From: a virus
Taxonomy: Duplodnaviria > Caudoviricetes
IMG/VR virus record: IMGVR_UViG_3300049783_001388
Span: 1-58,992 of that record
Reading direction: 5' to 3' (one strand)
Length of the DNA: 58,992 bases
Below the pieces are notes generated by a model. That model saw only the letters and a list, made by a program, of their open reading frames with translations. It ran no database searches and was not told where the DNA came from. Of the stretch, positions 49,603 through 57,927 are shown in pieces. Position numbers and translations under genes: made by a program. Position 1 is the stretch's first letter, and each line of letters starts with the position of its first letter.

Positions 49603-49932
49603 ATGAAAACAAAAGGAATATCAGTATCAGTTTTAAAAAGTCCCGGAACTGATTGCTCAAATAAAGGGTTAAGTTCAACTAAAGATAATTTAATTATGGT
49701 TGACCAAAAAGGAAATGGATTCAACTGTCCTCACACAACAGATGGTGACTATTTAGTTTTTGTTAAAGATACTTGTTGTGGAGAGGAAAGGTTAAGAGCA
49801 ATACCAAAATCACTAATAGAATCTGGCAAATGGACAATGTTTGGTGGGAATTTCGTTTATTGTAGCGATTCTAGGTTCCCAAGTAAATACCCAATCCCAG
49901 TACACGATAGAATTGAAAACTATAAATTTTAA
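49603..49932 (+). CDS. Conserved phage hypothetical protein
   Basis: DCSN.GLSS...MFGGNF...SDSRF...PIPVHDR.E motif. Confidence 0.75.
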   Translation: MKTKGISVSVLKSPGTDCSNKGLSSTKDNLIMVDQKGNGFNCPHTTDGDYLVFVKDTCCGEERLRAIPKSLIESGKWTMFGGNFVYCSDSRFPSKYPIPVHDRIENYKF

Positions 49933-49933
49933 T

Positions 49934-50425
49934 ATGAAAAAATTCGAAGCAGATTATTCACCTATTGAAATGATTAAAATGGGTGTATTTGGTGGATCTT
50001 ACTTCCACTACAAACCATTAAAAGTGAGTTTATTCCATTGGCATAATCATGTACCGCCAAGGTTTATAGAAGATCTTAATATATATTTACAAACACGTAA
50101 TAGGATATTTCAATCATGCATTCCACAAATAAATTGCGTTTATAATGATCAAGCTAACTATTATAAAGTTAATTGTGGCTCAAGTTATGAAGATTGGAAA
50201 AGGGGCGGTTGGATAAATAAAATTGACCCTTATGGTTGGTTTAATTGGTACATCAATTATTACTATGGTAGGAGATGTAGTGATGACGATCGTCAAATAA
50301 AACGTTGGGGTAATTTTAAATCCAGGAGTGTGGGAATGTTAAGGAGATACCCTGAATCATCTAAAATAAAGCAGAATCTATTACATTGGGGTATTAACCA
50401 TCATTTAGCGATATTAGGAAAATAA
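49934..50425 (+). CDS. Conserved protein of unknown function
   Basis: SP.EM..MGVFGG.YF and DPYGWF.WY..YY.GRR..DD.RQI.RW motifs; ATG 49934 preferred as start. Confidence 0.75.
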   Translation: MKKFEADYSPIEMIKMGVFGGSYFHYKPLKVSLFHWHNHVPPRFIEDLNIYLQTRNRIFQSCIPQINCVYNDQANYYKVNCGSSYEDWKRGGWINKIDPYGWFNWYINYYYGRRCSDDDRQIKRWGNFKSRSVGMLRRYPESSKIKQNLLHWGINHHLAILGK

Positions 50426-50442
50426 CAATTAAATAAAGAAAA

Positions 50443-50625
50443 ATGGAAAGAAGAAAATCAAGCAAATATATGTTATTCCACCAGTCATTAATGGGGTACA
50501 TATTTCACAAAGATGGAAGCATTATCCACAAATACGAATTATTCACTATGGGTCATTCACCAGAAAAATTAAAGAAAGGTGTAGATGACATTGAAATCAT
50601 AGTAAAGGGGACATCATTATATTGA
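50443..50625 (+). CDS. Hypothetical protein
   Basis: ORF with A-rich start. Confidence 0.6.
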   Translation: MERRKSSKYMLFHQSLMGYIFHKDGSIIHKYELFTMGHSPEKLKKGVDDIEIIVKGTSLY

Positions 50626-50660
50626 ACATTAAATTTAACTGACAAATAACATGAATTAAA

Positions 50661-51050
50661 ATGGAGAAAAGTTTTATAGTAAGGGTATTAGGAGTAGGAG
50701 TCATAAATATGACAAGTGGTATGACAAAGTACAAGTGGTCAATATATGAAAACAAAGGTATGTATGCATATCTTGGTCCAGGCTATCTATTATTGGCAAG
50801 CAAGGATTCATTTAAAATAGGTGATAAATTTGACTTATTTGGAAATGATAGTAATAGGAAACTTAATAGAACAGGTGAGATACTTGATTTCTCACTATGC
50901 GACGATAAAGAGTCGGTGCTGAAGATGCTATATAAAAACGGTTTCGACTACTACCCAATTAAGCCATTCAAAAAGCGTCAAAAAGGTATGCAAAAATTGA
51001 TAACTTCTTATTCAGTTAAGGGTATAATTTATAATGATAAAAAATCTTAA
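50661..51050 (+). CDS. Hypothetical protein
   Basis: ORF with A-rich start. Confidence 0.65.
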   Translation: MEKSFIVRVLGVGVINMTSGMTKYKWSIYENKGMYAYLGPGYLLLASKDSFKIGDKFDLFGNDSNRKLNRTGEILDFSLCDDKESVLKMLYKNGFDYYPIKPFKKRQKGMQKLITSYSVKGIIYNDKKS

Positions 51051-51098
51051 TAATAATCTTTTAACCAAGCCCAAATCTTGGGGTGTAATCATATAAAA

Positions 51099-51326
51099 AT
51101 GAGAATATTTAATCACATAATTCAAGGCAGCGAATCAGACAAGAGAAATGCCTATGACACAGCTTCATATTTTGACTTCACAGGGGTTGGGTTAAAAGAA
51201 GGTAGGTTGGACCCACAACATCATAGATTTATTGACACAATAAATGAGATTGGGATCTATTACAATAGGACTGCCGATTACTATTTCTTTACAGATGAAA
51301 ATGAAAACTATTCAATAGAAGATTAA
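51099..51326 (+). CDS. Hypothetical protein
   Basis: ATG 51099 is preferred over the TTG inside the CCAAATCTTGGG element. Confidence 0.6.
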   Translation: MRIFNHIIQGSESDKRNAYDTASYFDFTGVGLKEGRLDPQHHRFIDTINEIGIYYNRTADYYFFTDENENYSIED

Positions 51327-51341
51327 AATTTAATAGTTGAT

Positions 51342-51382
51342 TCCAATTTTAGCGTTAATGTTAATTTATTATTTTACATTTG
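51342..51382 (+). promoter_or_regulatory. TCCAA/-7 promoter cassette
   Basis: TCCAA 51342, TACATTTG 51375 (offset 33). Confidence 0.75.
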
Positions 51383-51440
51383 TAATAAGCAAAATATAAA
51401 ATCTAAATATCAAAATCATGTAAACTATGTAGACATAAAT

Positions 51441-51466
51441 AGGGGTGTGACAACAGCACCCCTTTT
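51441..51466 (+). terminator. Hairpin/terminator shortly after a promoter
   Basis: AGGGGTG...CACCCCT-TTT. Confidence 0.65.
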
Positions 51467-51502
51467 AGCATATTGATTTGATTAAATTATATAAATAGAA
51501 TT

Positions 51503-51682
51503 ATGGGTTGGAAAACAACAATTGATATCACAAGGCTAGAAGCTAAAAGATTAATTATTAAAAAATTATTTGACATTGATTCAATGAGCAATATTGAACT
51601 CGCCAATATGGTAGAACAATTAGGTTACGGTGAAGAACCTGAAATGACTCATTATGGATGTAACTTTATTGTTACAGATTAA
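51503..51682 (+). CDS. 59-aa protein not in the ORF track
   Basis: MGWKTTIDITRLEAKRLII...GCNFIVTD. Confidence 0.6.
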   Translation: MGWKTTIDITRLEAKRLIIKKLFDIDSMSNIELANMVEQLGYGEEPEMTHYGCNFIVTD

Positions 51683-51698
51683 AATTTTAAAATCTATA

Positions 51699-51739
51699 TC
51701 CAACCTGACTTAATTGTTAGGTTTTAATTTTTACCTTTG
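51699..51739 (+). promoter_or_regulatory. TCCAA/-7 promoter cassette with internal hairpin
   Basis: TCCAA 51699, AACCTGAC/GTTAGGTT, TACCTTTG 51732 (offset 33). Confidence 0.8.
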
Positions 51740-51768
51740 TAATGTAATAATGTAAAAGCAGTAAAGAT

Positions 51769-51876
51769 ATGAAAGCAAATTTAACACCAGATTCAAAACT
51801 ATTAAAGCAAGGAATTATCATAGCAATAATTGGAATAATGATAATAATAGTTTTAGAATTATTATTCACAATTTAA
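51769..51876 (+). CDS. 35-aa single-transmembrane peptide not in the ORF track
   Basis: MKANLTPDSKLLKQGIIIAIIGIMIIIVLELLFTI; same CAGTAAAGATATG leader as the next gene. Confidence 0.6.
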   Translation: MKANLTPDSKLLKQGIIIAIIGIMIIIVLELLFTI

Positions 51877-51887
51877 ACAGTAAAGAT

Positions 51888-52091
51888 ATGAATGCAAATT
51901 TGAAAATTGAACAAGAAGATTTAAAGGTATTGTTTGTACACACTAAGGATGCGTATCCAAATATGAGTTTTGAAAATTGGTGTAAGGATTGTGAAAAATC
52001 TTATATGCTATATTTCAACAATAAAGAAATTTACAATAAGAAAAGATATACTTATTCTCAATGGGTGAACTCACAAATACTACTACTGTAA
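51888..52091 (+). CDS. Hypothetical protein
   Basis: ORF with CAGTAAAGATATG leader. Confidence 0.65.
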   Translation: MNANLKIEQEDLKVLFVHTKDAYPNMSFENWCKDCEKSYMLYFNNKEIYNKKRYTYSQWVNSQILLL

Positions 52092-52108
52092 TCATTTTTA
52101 AATCCCTA

Positions 52109-52149
52109 TCCAGCCTGACTTAATTGTTAGGCTTTTTATTTTAAATTTG
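52109..52149 (+). promoter_or_regulatory. TCCAG/-7 promoter cassette with internal hairpin
   Basis: TCCAG 52109, AGCCTGAC/GTTAGGCT, TAAATTTG 52142 (offset 33). Confidence 0.8.
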
Positions 52150-52177
52150 CAATGTAACAATTTAAAAACAGTACAAA

Positions 52178-52456
52178 ATGGAACAGATATTTCAAGAAAT
52201 AGGTAAAGCGCTCAAGGGCAAAAAATTCTCAACATTTAAAATCGTAGGCTATCAGCACGTTGACTTCTTAATAAAACTAATTTATCACGATTGTGATGAG
52301 TATTACAGGGCTGTATATGATGGCTCAAAAAACGATGGCTCTTTTTTACCACTACAAAGAATAGGTTGGTCAACTAATAGAAAAGAAAAATTTGAAGCGG
52401 ATAATGAATACAAAGCACTTGAACAAGAAATTAAAAATACATTTGAAAAAATATAA
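52178..52456 (+). CDS. Hypothetical protein
   Basis: ORF behind a promoter. Confidence 0.65.
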   Translation: MEQIFQEIGKALKGKKFSTFKIVGYQHVDFLIKLIYHDCDEYYRAVYDGSKNDGSFLPLQRIGWSTNRKEKFEADNEYKALEQEIKNTFEKI

Positions 52457-52467
52457 ACAATAAAGAT

Positions 52468-52803
52468 ATGAACAAAAAAGCAGCACCATCAGAGACAACA
52501 AAAGATAGGTTAATTGGGGCAATGGAATACATGAGTGAAGAACAAATGGATTTCTTATTAAGATTAACAAACTTGGGAAGCTACCCAACCAAAGTTGATC
52601 TACTTAAACTTTCAGGGTTTGATACAAGTAAGACTTATGACACCGCTACACCCATTGATTATTTAAGGCGCATAGAAGAAATCTACCCAAACATTAAAGA
52701 TGCTAATCTAATATTTGATTACTCAAAAAATAGTTGGGGTGAAATGACAAATGTAAATGATATGCTTGTAAGGGAAATGATTTACATCTTTAAATCAAAA
52801 TAA
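52468..52803 (+). CDS. Hypothetical protein
   Basis: ORF. Confidence 0.65.
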   Translation: MNKKAAPSETTKDRLIGAMEYMSEEQMDFLLRLTNLGSYPTKVDLLKLSGFDTSKTYDTATPIDYLRRIEEIYPNIKDANLIFDYSKNSWGEMTNVNDMLVREMIYIFKSK

Positions 52804-52881
52804 ACCTACAGCTTAAAAGATTAAGGTGGGGTATGACTCTATAAATATAACGTAGTAAAACTGAAAATTAAGCCATAAATT

Positions 52882-53205
52882 ATGAATAAGATAACATTAC
52901 AAGAACAATTTGAATTCTTAGGTGTGGAAACACTTGGTGAATTAATTATAATAAATACCGAACAGGACGAAATAGTAAGAGTTGAAAACTCTATAGATAT
53001 TTCTTGTTATGAATTAGTAAAGTCAGGTAAATTATCTAGTATTGAAATTGAAAATGAGACTGTTACAAGGTATGTTAAATTATGTGAATCTAATGGGTTA
53101 AGATTTGTATTAAATAGATATTTAACTAATGGATTCAGTATGAGTTCATATTCTTTTAAAGATGCTAATTTTAATGAAAGTCACTGGGGGAATATATTTC
53201 ATTAA
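52882..53205 (+). CDS. Hypothetical protein
   Basis: ORF. Confidence 0.65.
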   Translation: MNKITLQEQFEFLGVETLGELIIINTEQDEIVRVENSIDISCYELVKSGKLSSIEIENETVTRYVKLCESNGLRFVLNRYLTNGFSMSSYSFKDANFNESHWGNIFH

Positions 53206-53509
53206 TTATAGCATTATGAAATATAGTATTCATTAAATATATGCATTATTATTAGTATATGAATTCAGCTATTCTTAATCTTTTCATTTACTTAAAAGCT
53301 CCAAATCTTGGGGTATATGTACTATAACTAAAGAAAAAAGATTTGAAAATATAATAATATATCAAATCAATTCAAAAATTGCTATTATGAATTCATTTAA
53401 TATCATTTAAATCATTAGCGTAAAATAGCAATTTTAAGCAATCTTAATAGTTAATGTATGTAATACTATTAAAATTTTAAAAGGATGCCTTAAACAGCTT
53501 AACTTTGCG

Positions 53510-53550
53510 TCCTAAATACAATTTTTGTGTATATATAATATGTATATTTG
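53510..53550 (+). promoter_or_regulatory. Variant promoter cassette
   Basis: TCCTAA 53510, TATATTTG 53543 (offset 33). Confidence 0.65.
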
Positions 53551-53581
53551 TGTATATAATTTTAACCCATTAAAAAACAGT

Positions 53582-54085
53582 ATGATTATGAAACACATTT
53601 TTTTAAAAGGATCTAGTGTAACTAAGCTTAATAAAATTATTAAGCAAGACATTTCAATTAATGACTCTTATTATACAGGTGTCCCACAAATAGAAAGGGT
53701 GGTAACAGAGTTTGAAAGTATGAACAAAACTTTATTTGAAATACTAACATTCCACAAACCAGAAGCTGATGATTTCTTCTATTTAGGCACAAAACAAATT
53801 TACAACAAAGATCAACAAGCGTTAATGTTAGAAACATATCATGTAAATGGTTCAATCTATGAACGTGTCCATTACGCAAAAGGAATTGCCCAATACGTTC
53901 AAATATATAATGACCAAGGTGATTTGTCTGGTTCAATACATTTATATGATAGCAAAGTGGTGTATGTAATTGATAATAAGCAAGTAAGTGAATATGATTT
54001 TTGGAATTTAAGCTGTGAAGAGTTTCAAAATAATACTTATGATTATTGCTTTACTGGTGCAAACTGTCTACAATATAAAAACTAA
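53582..54085 (+). CDS. MORN/YwqK-like repeat protein, paralogue family A
   Basis: YHVNGSIYERVHYAKG...YNDQGDL beta-hairpin repeats; start placed at the ATG after the AAAACAGT leader. Confidence 0.6.
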   Translation: MIMKHIFLKGSSVTKLNKIIKQDISINDSYYTGVPQIERVVTEFESMNKTLFEILTFHKPEADDFFYLGTKQIYNKDQQALMLETYHVNGSIYERVHYAKGIAQYVQIYNDQGDLSGSIHLYDSKVVYVIDNKQVSEYDFWNLSCEEFQNNTYDYCFTGANCLQYKN

Positions 54086-54092
54086 ATTTGAA

Positions 54093-54133
54093 TCCAATCA
54101 GGGCATATAATTGGTTTTGTATGCCTAAATTTA
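54093..54133 (+). promoter_or_regulatory. TCCAA/-7 promoter cassette with internal hairpin
   Basis: TCCAA 54093, GGCATA/TATGCC, TAAATTTA 54126 (offset 33). Confidence 0.8.
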
Positions 54134-54155
54134 CTTATAACTAAAAACAGTACAA

Positions 54156-54377
54156 ATGAAGAATAAAACGATTTTACGCCCCTTGACTATGAAAAATGAG
54201 CGACCTAAAGTGATTAAAAAAGAATACACTGAATCAGATCTCATAAGGGCATACAGGTTAGGGTGCAGTGATGGTAGTGGAACAAGCGAACCAAAAGACA
54301 AAAGGTATATGCAAGGCTGGGACAGGACTCAAGCAGAGAATATTCAGTTACAAAAAATCATAAACAGTACAAAATAA
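54156..54377 (+). CDS. Hypothetical protein
   Basis: ORF behind a promoter. Confidence 0.65.
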   Translation: MKNKTILRPLTMKNERPKVIKKEYTESDLIRAYRLGCSDGSGTSEPKDKRYMQGWDRTQAENIQLQKIINSTK

Positions 54378-54378
54378 A

Positions 54379-54519
54379 ATGGAAAAAGATTTTAAAAGAT
54401 TACTAGAAATATACTCAAGTCAACTAGGATTTAAATTAGATAAATACCACATTGATCTAATGAGAAATACTTTAGAAACTTACGATTTGTTTGTCAAAGT
54501 TGAAAAGCACTTAAAATAA
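54379..54519 (+). CDS. 46-aa protein not in the ORF track
   Basis: MEKDFKRLLEIYSSQLGFKLDKYH... Confidence 0.55.
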   Translation: MEKDFKRLLEIYSSQLGFKLDKYHIDLMRNTLETYDLFVKVEKHLK

Positions 54520-54548
54520 TAGATAAAGATTCAAATTTACATAAAGAA

Positions 54549-54589
54549 TCCAATCAATACCTATGTTTTAAAAAATGTAGGTATATTTA
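54549..54589 (+). promoter_or_regulatory. TCCAA/-7 promoter cassette with internal hairpin
   Basis: TCCAA 54549, TACCTA/TAGGTA, TATATTTA 54582 (offset 33). Confidence 0.8.
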
Positions 54590-54613
54590 CGTGTAACTTA
54601 AAAACAGTACAAA

Positions 54614-54967
54614 ATGAAAACAAACATTCATCACATCATCAACGTAAAATCAGGCAAAGAAGAAGTATTCTTTGATCACCTAGGAAACTTATCCATACCA
54701 AGCATTAAAGATATACATAGGAATATTGATCAAATAGTCTTTGGTATTGGCTTTGAAAATGGATACTTCTTTAATCAATTAAAAATAGCCAATAACAGGA
54801 ATATAACTAAAGCTGAATACAAAAAACGCTCACATACATTTAGAAAATCTGAATATGAATTTGATTGTTATTGTGTAGGTCAAGAATTAGAAAGTTCACG
54901 ATATACAGGTTATGAACCAGATCTAAACCCTGGAGGTGGACCTTATAACCCTAATGATAATATTTAA
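54614..54967 (+). CDS. Hypothetical protein flanked by 40-bp direct repeats
   Basis: ORF between identical repeats at 54517 and 54965. Confidence 0.65.
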   Translation: MKTNIHHIINVKSGKEEVFFDHLGNLSIPSIKDIHRNIDQIVFGIGFENGYFFNQLKIANNRNITKAEYKKRSHTFRKSEYEFDCYCVGQELESSRYTGYEPDLNPGGGPYNPNDNI

Positions 54968-54996
54968 TAGATAAAGATTCAAATTTACATAAAGAA

Positions 54997-55037
54997 TCCA
55001 ATCAGGGCATATTTTTTGTATTTATGCCCTACATTTG
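54997..55037 (+). promoter_or_regulatory. TCCAA/-7 promoter cassette with internal hairpin
   Basis: TCCAA 54997, AGGGCATA/TATGCCCT, TACATTTG 55030 (offset 33). Confidence 0.8.
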
Positions 55038-55061
55038 TATATAATTTAAAAACAGTAAAAA

Positions 55062-55535
55062 ATGAACAAAATGAAACTAATATTCTTAACTAAATCTTCG
55101 GCAACGCTTGAAAACATAGTAAGCCAAAATCTTGAATTATTTGATTGCTGCGGAGCTTTGCCAATAATAACTGAAATTGAATCTAATTTCGTAAACAAAA
55201 AAGGTGTACTAATTACTGAAAATCTTGAATTTGATGAACACAAGGGGCATCAATTCTTAAAAATGAAAAGTTTATCACATTTTAATGGTTTTATGTATTG
55301 TGCTGAAATATACCACCATAATGGGAATTTACGTGAAGAAGTTTTTTTTAATGACCTTGGTACTGCCAAAAATATTCATATATCAAATAAAAAAGGAAAT
55401 CGTATAGCTACATTCTTAATTGATAATAGGGGTGTAAGGTTATTTGAAAAAGGTACCGAAGTTGACCCACATGGTTACGAAAAATATCTATTTAGTGATT
55501 CTTGGGTAAACACAATACCTGATCTATTAACATAG
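55062..55535 (+). CDS. MORN/YwqK-like repeat protein, paralogue family A
   Basis: YHHNGNLREEVFFND; N-terminus similar to 53582. Confidence 0.65.
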   Translation: MNKMKLIFLTKSSATLENIVSQNLELFDCCGALPIITEIESNFVNKKGVLITENLEFDEHKGHQFLKMKSLSHFNGFMYCAEIYHHNGNLREEVFFNDLGTAKNIHISNKKGNRIATFLIDNRGVRLFEKGTEVDPHGYEKYLFSDSWVNTIPDLLT

Positions 55536-55554
55536 TGCAAACAAATTCAATATT

Positions 55555-56034
55555 ATGAAAAAATTTATTAAGAGTAGAGGCAGTTTAGCAACACATGAAA
55601 TCATTCGAGAACAAGTGGTCACATACGGGAATTGCAATGGAAACCCATACACAAAATCAATAATTAATGAATGGCTACTGGGTAATGATAATCATTATGA
55701 AGAAATAACTTATGATGATGGGGAAGTGAGTAATATATATTGGAAAGTGAATGGTAAACCCACAAGGCAAAATTCTTATTTTGTTACTAAAAATGGTTGG
55801 ACCTTATCTGAATCTTGTGTATATGGTACTACAGGAATCAATACCATGACCTTTGGTGAAATTGGAACTGAAAACCACAATGGTATGCTAATCTATAGTA
55901 AAGATATAATGATTGGTTACTATAATATTGATGGTAAATACCAACCAATAAATGGTAGTGATGATCATACAATATGGAAGTGGCAAGAAAAATTAGGTAT
56001 ATACAGTGATTCATTATTAAACATTTTTACCTAA
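55555..56034 (+). CDS. Hypothetical protein, distant member of family A
   Basis: N-terminus KKFIKSRGSLATHEIIREQ resembles its two neighbours. Confidence 0.6.
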   Translation: MKKFIKSRGSLATHEIIREQVVTYGNCNGNPYTKSIINEWLLGNDNHYEEITYDDGEVSNIYWKVNGKPTRQNSYFVTKNGWTLSESCVYGTTGINTMTFGEIGTENHNGMLIYSKDIMIGYYNIDGKYQPINGSDDHTIWKWQEKLGIYSDSLLNIFT

Positions 56035-56045
56035 TTGTCATAATT

Positions 56046-56071
56046 AAGCTACATAATTGTAGCTTTTTTTT
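56046..56071 (+). terminator. Intrinsic terminator
   Basis: AAGCTACA-TAAT-TGTAGCTT plus T run. Confidence 0.85.
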
Positions 56072-56176
56072 AGACACTATGATTAAAAATATGACAAGTT
56101 TTAAGCAATCTTTATTTTAAATTGGTATGTGGCTATTAAAATTTTTAAAAGATGCCTTAAACCGCTTAACTTTGCG

Positions 56177-56217
56177 TCTTAAGTTGGTATGTAGTACGTT
56201 AATTTATGCTACATTTA
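56177..56217 (+). promoter_or_regulatory. Variant promoter cassette
   Basis: TCTTAA 56177, TACATTTA 56210 (offset 33). Confidence 0.6.
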
Positions 56218-56239
56218 CATATAATTAAAAACAAGCAGT

Positions 56240-56413
56240 ATGAACAAAATGAATAATTTACAGCAAGACATTATTGAAAATAGCTTAACAGTATTTGAAC
56301 CTGAAAGTAATGATAGTGTACACCAAAAATTAAAAAGTGGAAATGATTACCCATATAGCTTTTTAGATGATGATTATTTTAAAAATGAAAATGAAAGCAT
56401 GCCATATATTTAA
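56240..56413 (+). CDS. 57-aa acidic protein not in the ORF track
   Basis: MNKMNNLQQDIIENSLTVFEPES... after a CAGTATG leader. Confidence 0.55.
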   Translation: MNKMNNLQQDIIENSLTVFEPESNDSVHQKLKSGNDYPYSFLDDDYFKNENESMPYI

Positions 56414-56422
56414 CCACAAATA

Positions 56423-56725
56423 ATGAACAGTATGAAAAAAATGAATAAAAAGTACAAGGCAACATCATTAGTTGAAAAACTGAAATGCAATGGTAATCAA
56501 TCCTTGATTGGTTGTATAGTAAAGTTTGAAAACTTGAAACATAAGGGCAACTATCATAAAAACAACTTGTTTGAAATCATTGGTTTTCAAAGAGTTTATG
56601 GGCATAATGCCGAAGGTGAATATACATTAATTGATGGGTTAAGGCTAATGTCAATAACTTGCTTTGATGATTTTGGAACACCATGCAACTATAATGAAAT
56701 ATCATTTTTAACTACAAATAATTAA
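56423..56725 (+). CDS. Hypothetical protein
   Basis: ORF; start possibly 56432. Confidence 0.65.
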   Translation: MNSMKKMNKKYKATSLVEKLKCNGNQSLIGCIVKFENLKHKGNYHKNNLFEIIGFQRVYGHNAEGEYTLIDGLRLMSITCFDDFGTPCNYNEISFLTTNN

Positions 56726-56798
56726 CAGTATGAGTCCACAAATATTAAAACAATTGAAAAACTAATAGGTAGCTAAAGATTAAAATTTAAAATAAGAA

Positions 56799-56839
56799 TC
56801 CAATCAAGGCATATAGTGTACATTATATGCCTATATTTA
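56799..56839 (+). promoter_or_regulatory. TCCAA/-7 promoter cassette with internal hairpin
   Basis: TCCAA 56799, AGGCATATA/TATATGCCT, TATATTTA 56832 (offset 33). Confidence 0.8.
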
Positions 56840-56864
56840 CGTATAATTAAAAACCTATAACGTT

Positions 56865-57107
56865 ATGATTTATCTATTGCCTAATTTCGCCCCTGCCCAT
56901 AATCAATCAAAAGACCAACTATCGTATAAAAATTTTATAATAGATTTTTCAAATTCTTATAAGATATCTGTATTTTGCAATAATGATCTACACCACGGAG
57001 ATTTTGATAATATCATTAGCGCAAAAAATTATATAAATAGTTATATAAATAGTAGCCTATATGATAAAGAATTGATATATAATATAAATTTAAAGAAATT
57101 ATTTTAA
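56865..57107 (+). CDS. Hypothetical protein
   Basis: ORF behind a promoter. Confidence 0.6.
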   Translation: MIYLLPNFAPAHNQSKDQLSYKNFIIDFSNSYKISVFCNNDLHHGDFDNIISAKNYINSYINSSLYDKELIYNINLKKLF

Positions 57108-57117
57108 AAAATAAGAG

Positions 57118-57158
57118 TCCAATCAAGGCGCATAATTTACATTTTATGCCTACATTTA
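57118..57158 (+). promoter_or_regulatory. TCCAA/-7 promoter cassette with internal hairpin
   Basis: TCCAA 57118, GCATAA/TTATGC, TACATTTA 57151 (offset 33). Confidence 0.8.
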
Positions 57159-57184
57159 CATATATTAATTTAAACACAAACAGT

Positions 57185-57547
57185 ATGAAAACAGTACAAA
57201 TTTTATCATTAGAAGAATCATTTGCATTTAGCTTTAAGCACCTTGGCATTACGTCAACTTGTGAAATTATGTTATTAAACCAAGAAACGGCTATGCACCC
57301 TAAAATGAATGCATTTATTGAAAACCTACCAGTAAAAAATGAAGGGTTAAATATTATTGCTGAAATGCAGCCAACAATGGTAATTGACCCAACAGCACTA
57401 TATGACCAAACAGCAAAGGTTGAATTAATAAAGCAGTTTATTTCCCACAAAGGAATTAACATAATAATTGAAAGAACTGATATGGGTGTTTACACATTTG
57501 TATCTTACACTATAAAGGAAGTTGATTTTAACTCAATATGTTATTAA
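57185..57547 (+). CDS. Hypothetical protein, paralogue family B
   Basis: MKTVQILSLEESFAFSFKHLG...FISHKGINII; start at ATG 57185. Confidence 0.7.
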   Translation: MKTVQILSLEESFAFSFKHLGITSTCEIMLLNQETAMHPKMNAFIENLPVKNEGLNIIAEMQPTMVIDPTALYDQTAKVELIKQFISHKGINIIIERTDMGVYTFVSYTIKEVDFNSICY

Positions 57548-57567
57548 TTTTTAACACAACAAACATT

Positions 57568-57927
57568 ATGAAAACAGCACAAATTTTACCATTAGAAGAG
57601 TCATTAGCCTATGGGTTTAAACACCTTGGCTTAAGTTCACATTGTGAAATGATCACAATAGATGAAAACATGGTACTACCTAAATTAGTCCAAACTTTAA
57701 TAGAATCAATAGAAAGGTTTGATCCACAACCAAAGGCAATCGTTAATTCTGTGATGGTAGCTGATAATACTATATGCGATACTGATAAAACAAAGTTAGT
57801 TGAATTAAAAAAGCTTTTTATAACTCATAATGGAATTAATGTCATACTTGAAATGTATGATTATTACCATTATGAATACATTGCATACACTTTCAAATAT
57901 AGTGATTACCTATCATTAGCTGATTAA
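57568..57927 (+). CDS. Hypothetical protein, paralogue family B
   Basis: MKTAQILPLEESLAYGFKHLG...FITHNGINVI; start at ATG 57568. Confidence 0.7.
   Translation: MKTAQILPLEESLAYGFKHLGLSSHCEMITIDENMVLPKLVQTLIESIERFDPQPKAIVNSVMVADNTICDTDKTKLVELKKLFITHNGINVILEMYDYYHYEYIAYTFKYSDYLSLAD

Noticed and set aside
806-57462. All minus-strand ORFs in the track and the nested + ORF 430-675
   Set aside because: They are shadows of longer motif-bearing + strand genes or RNA regions, with no recognisable motifs or start context.
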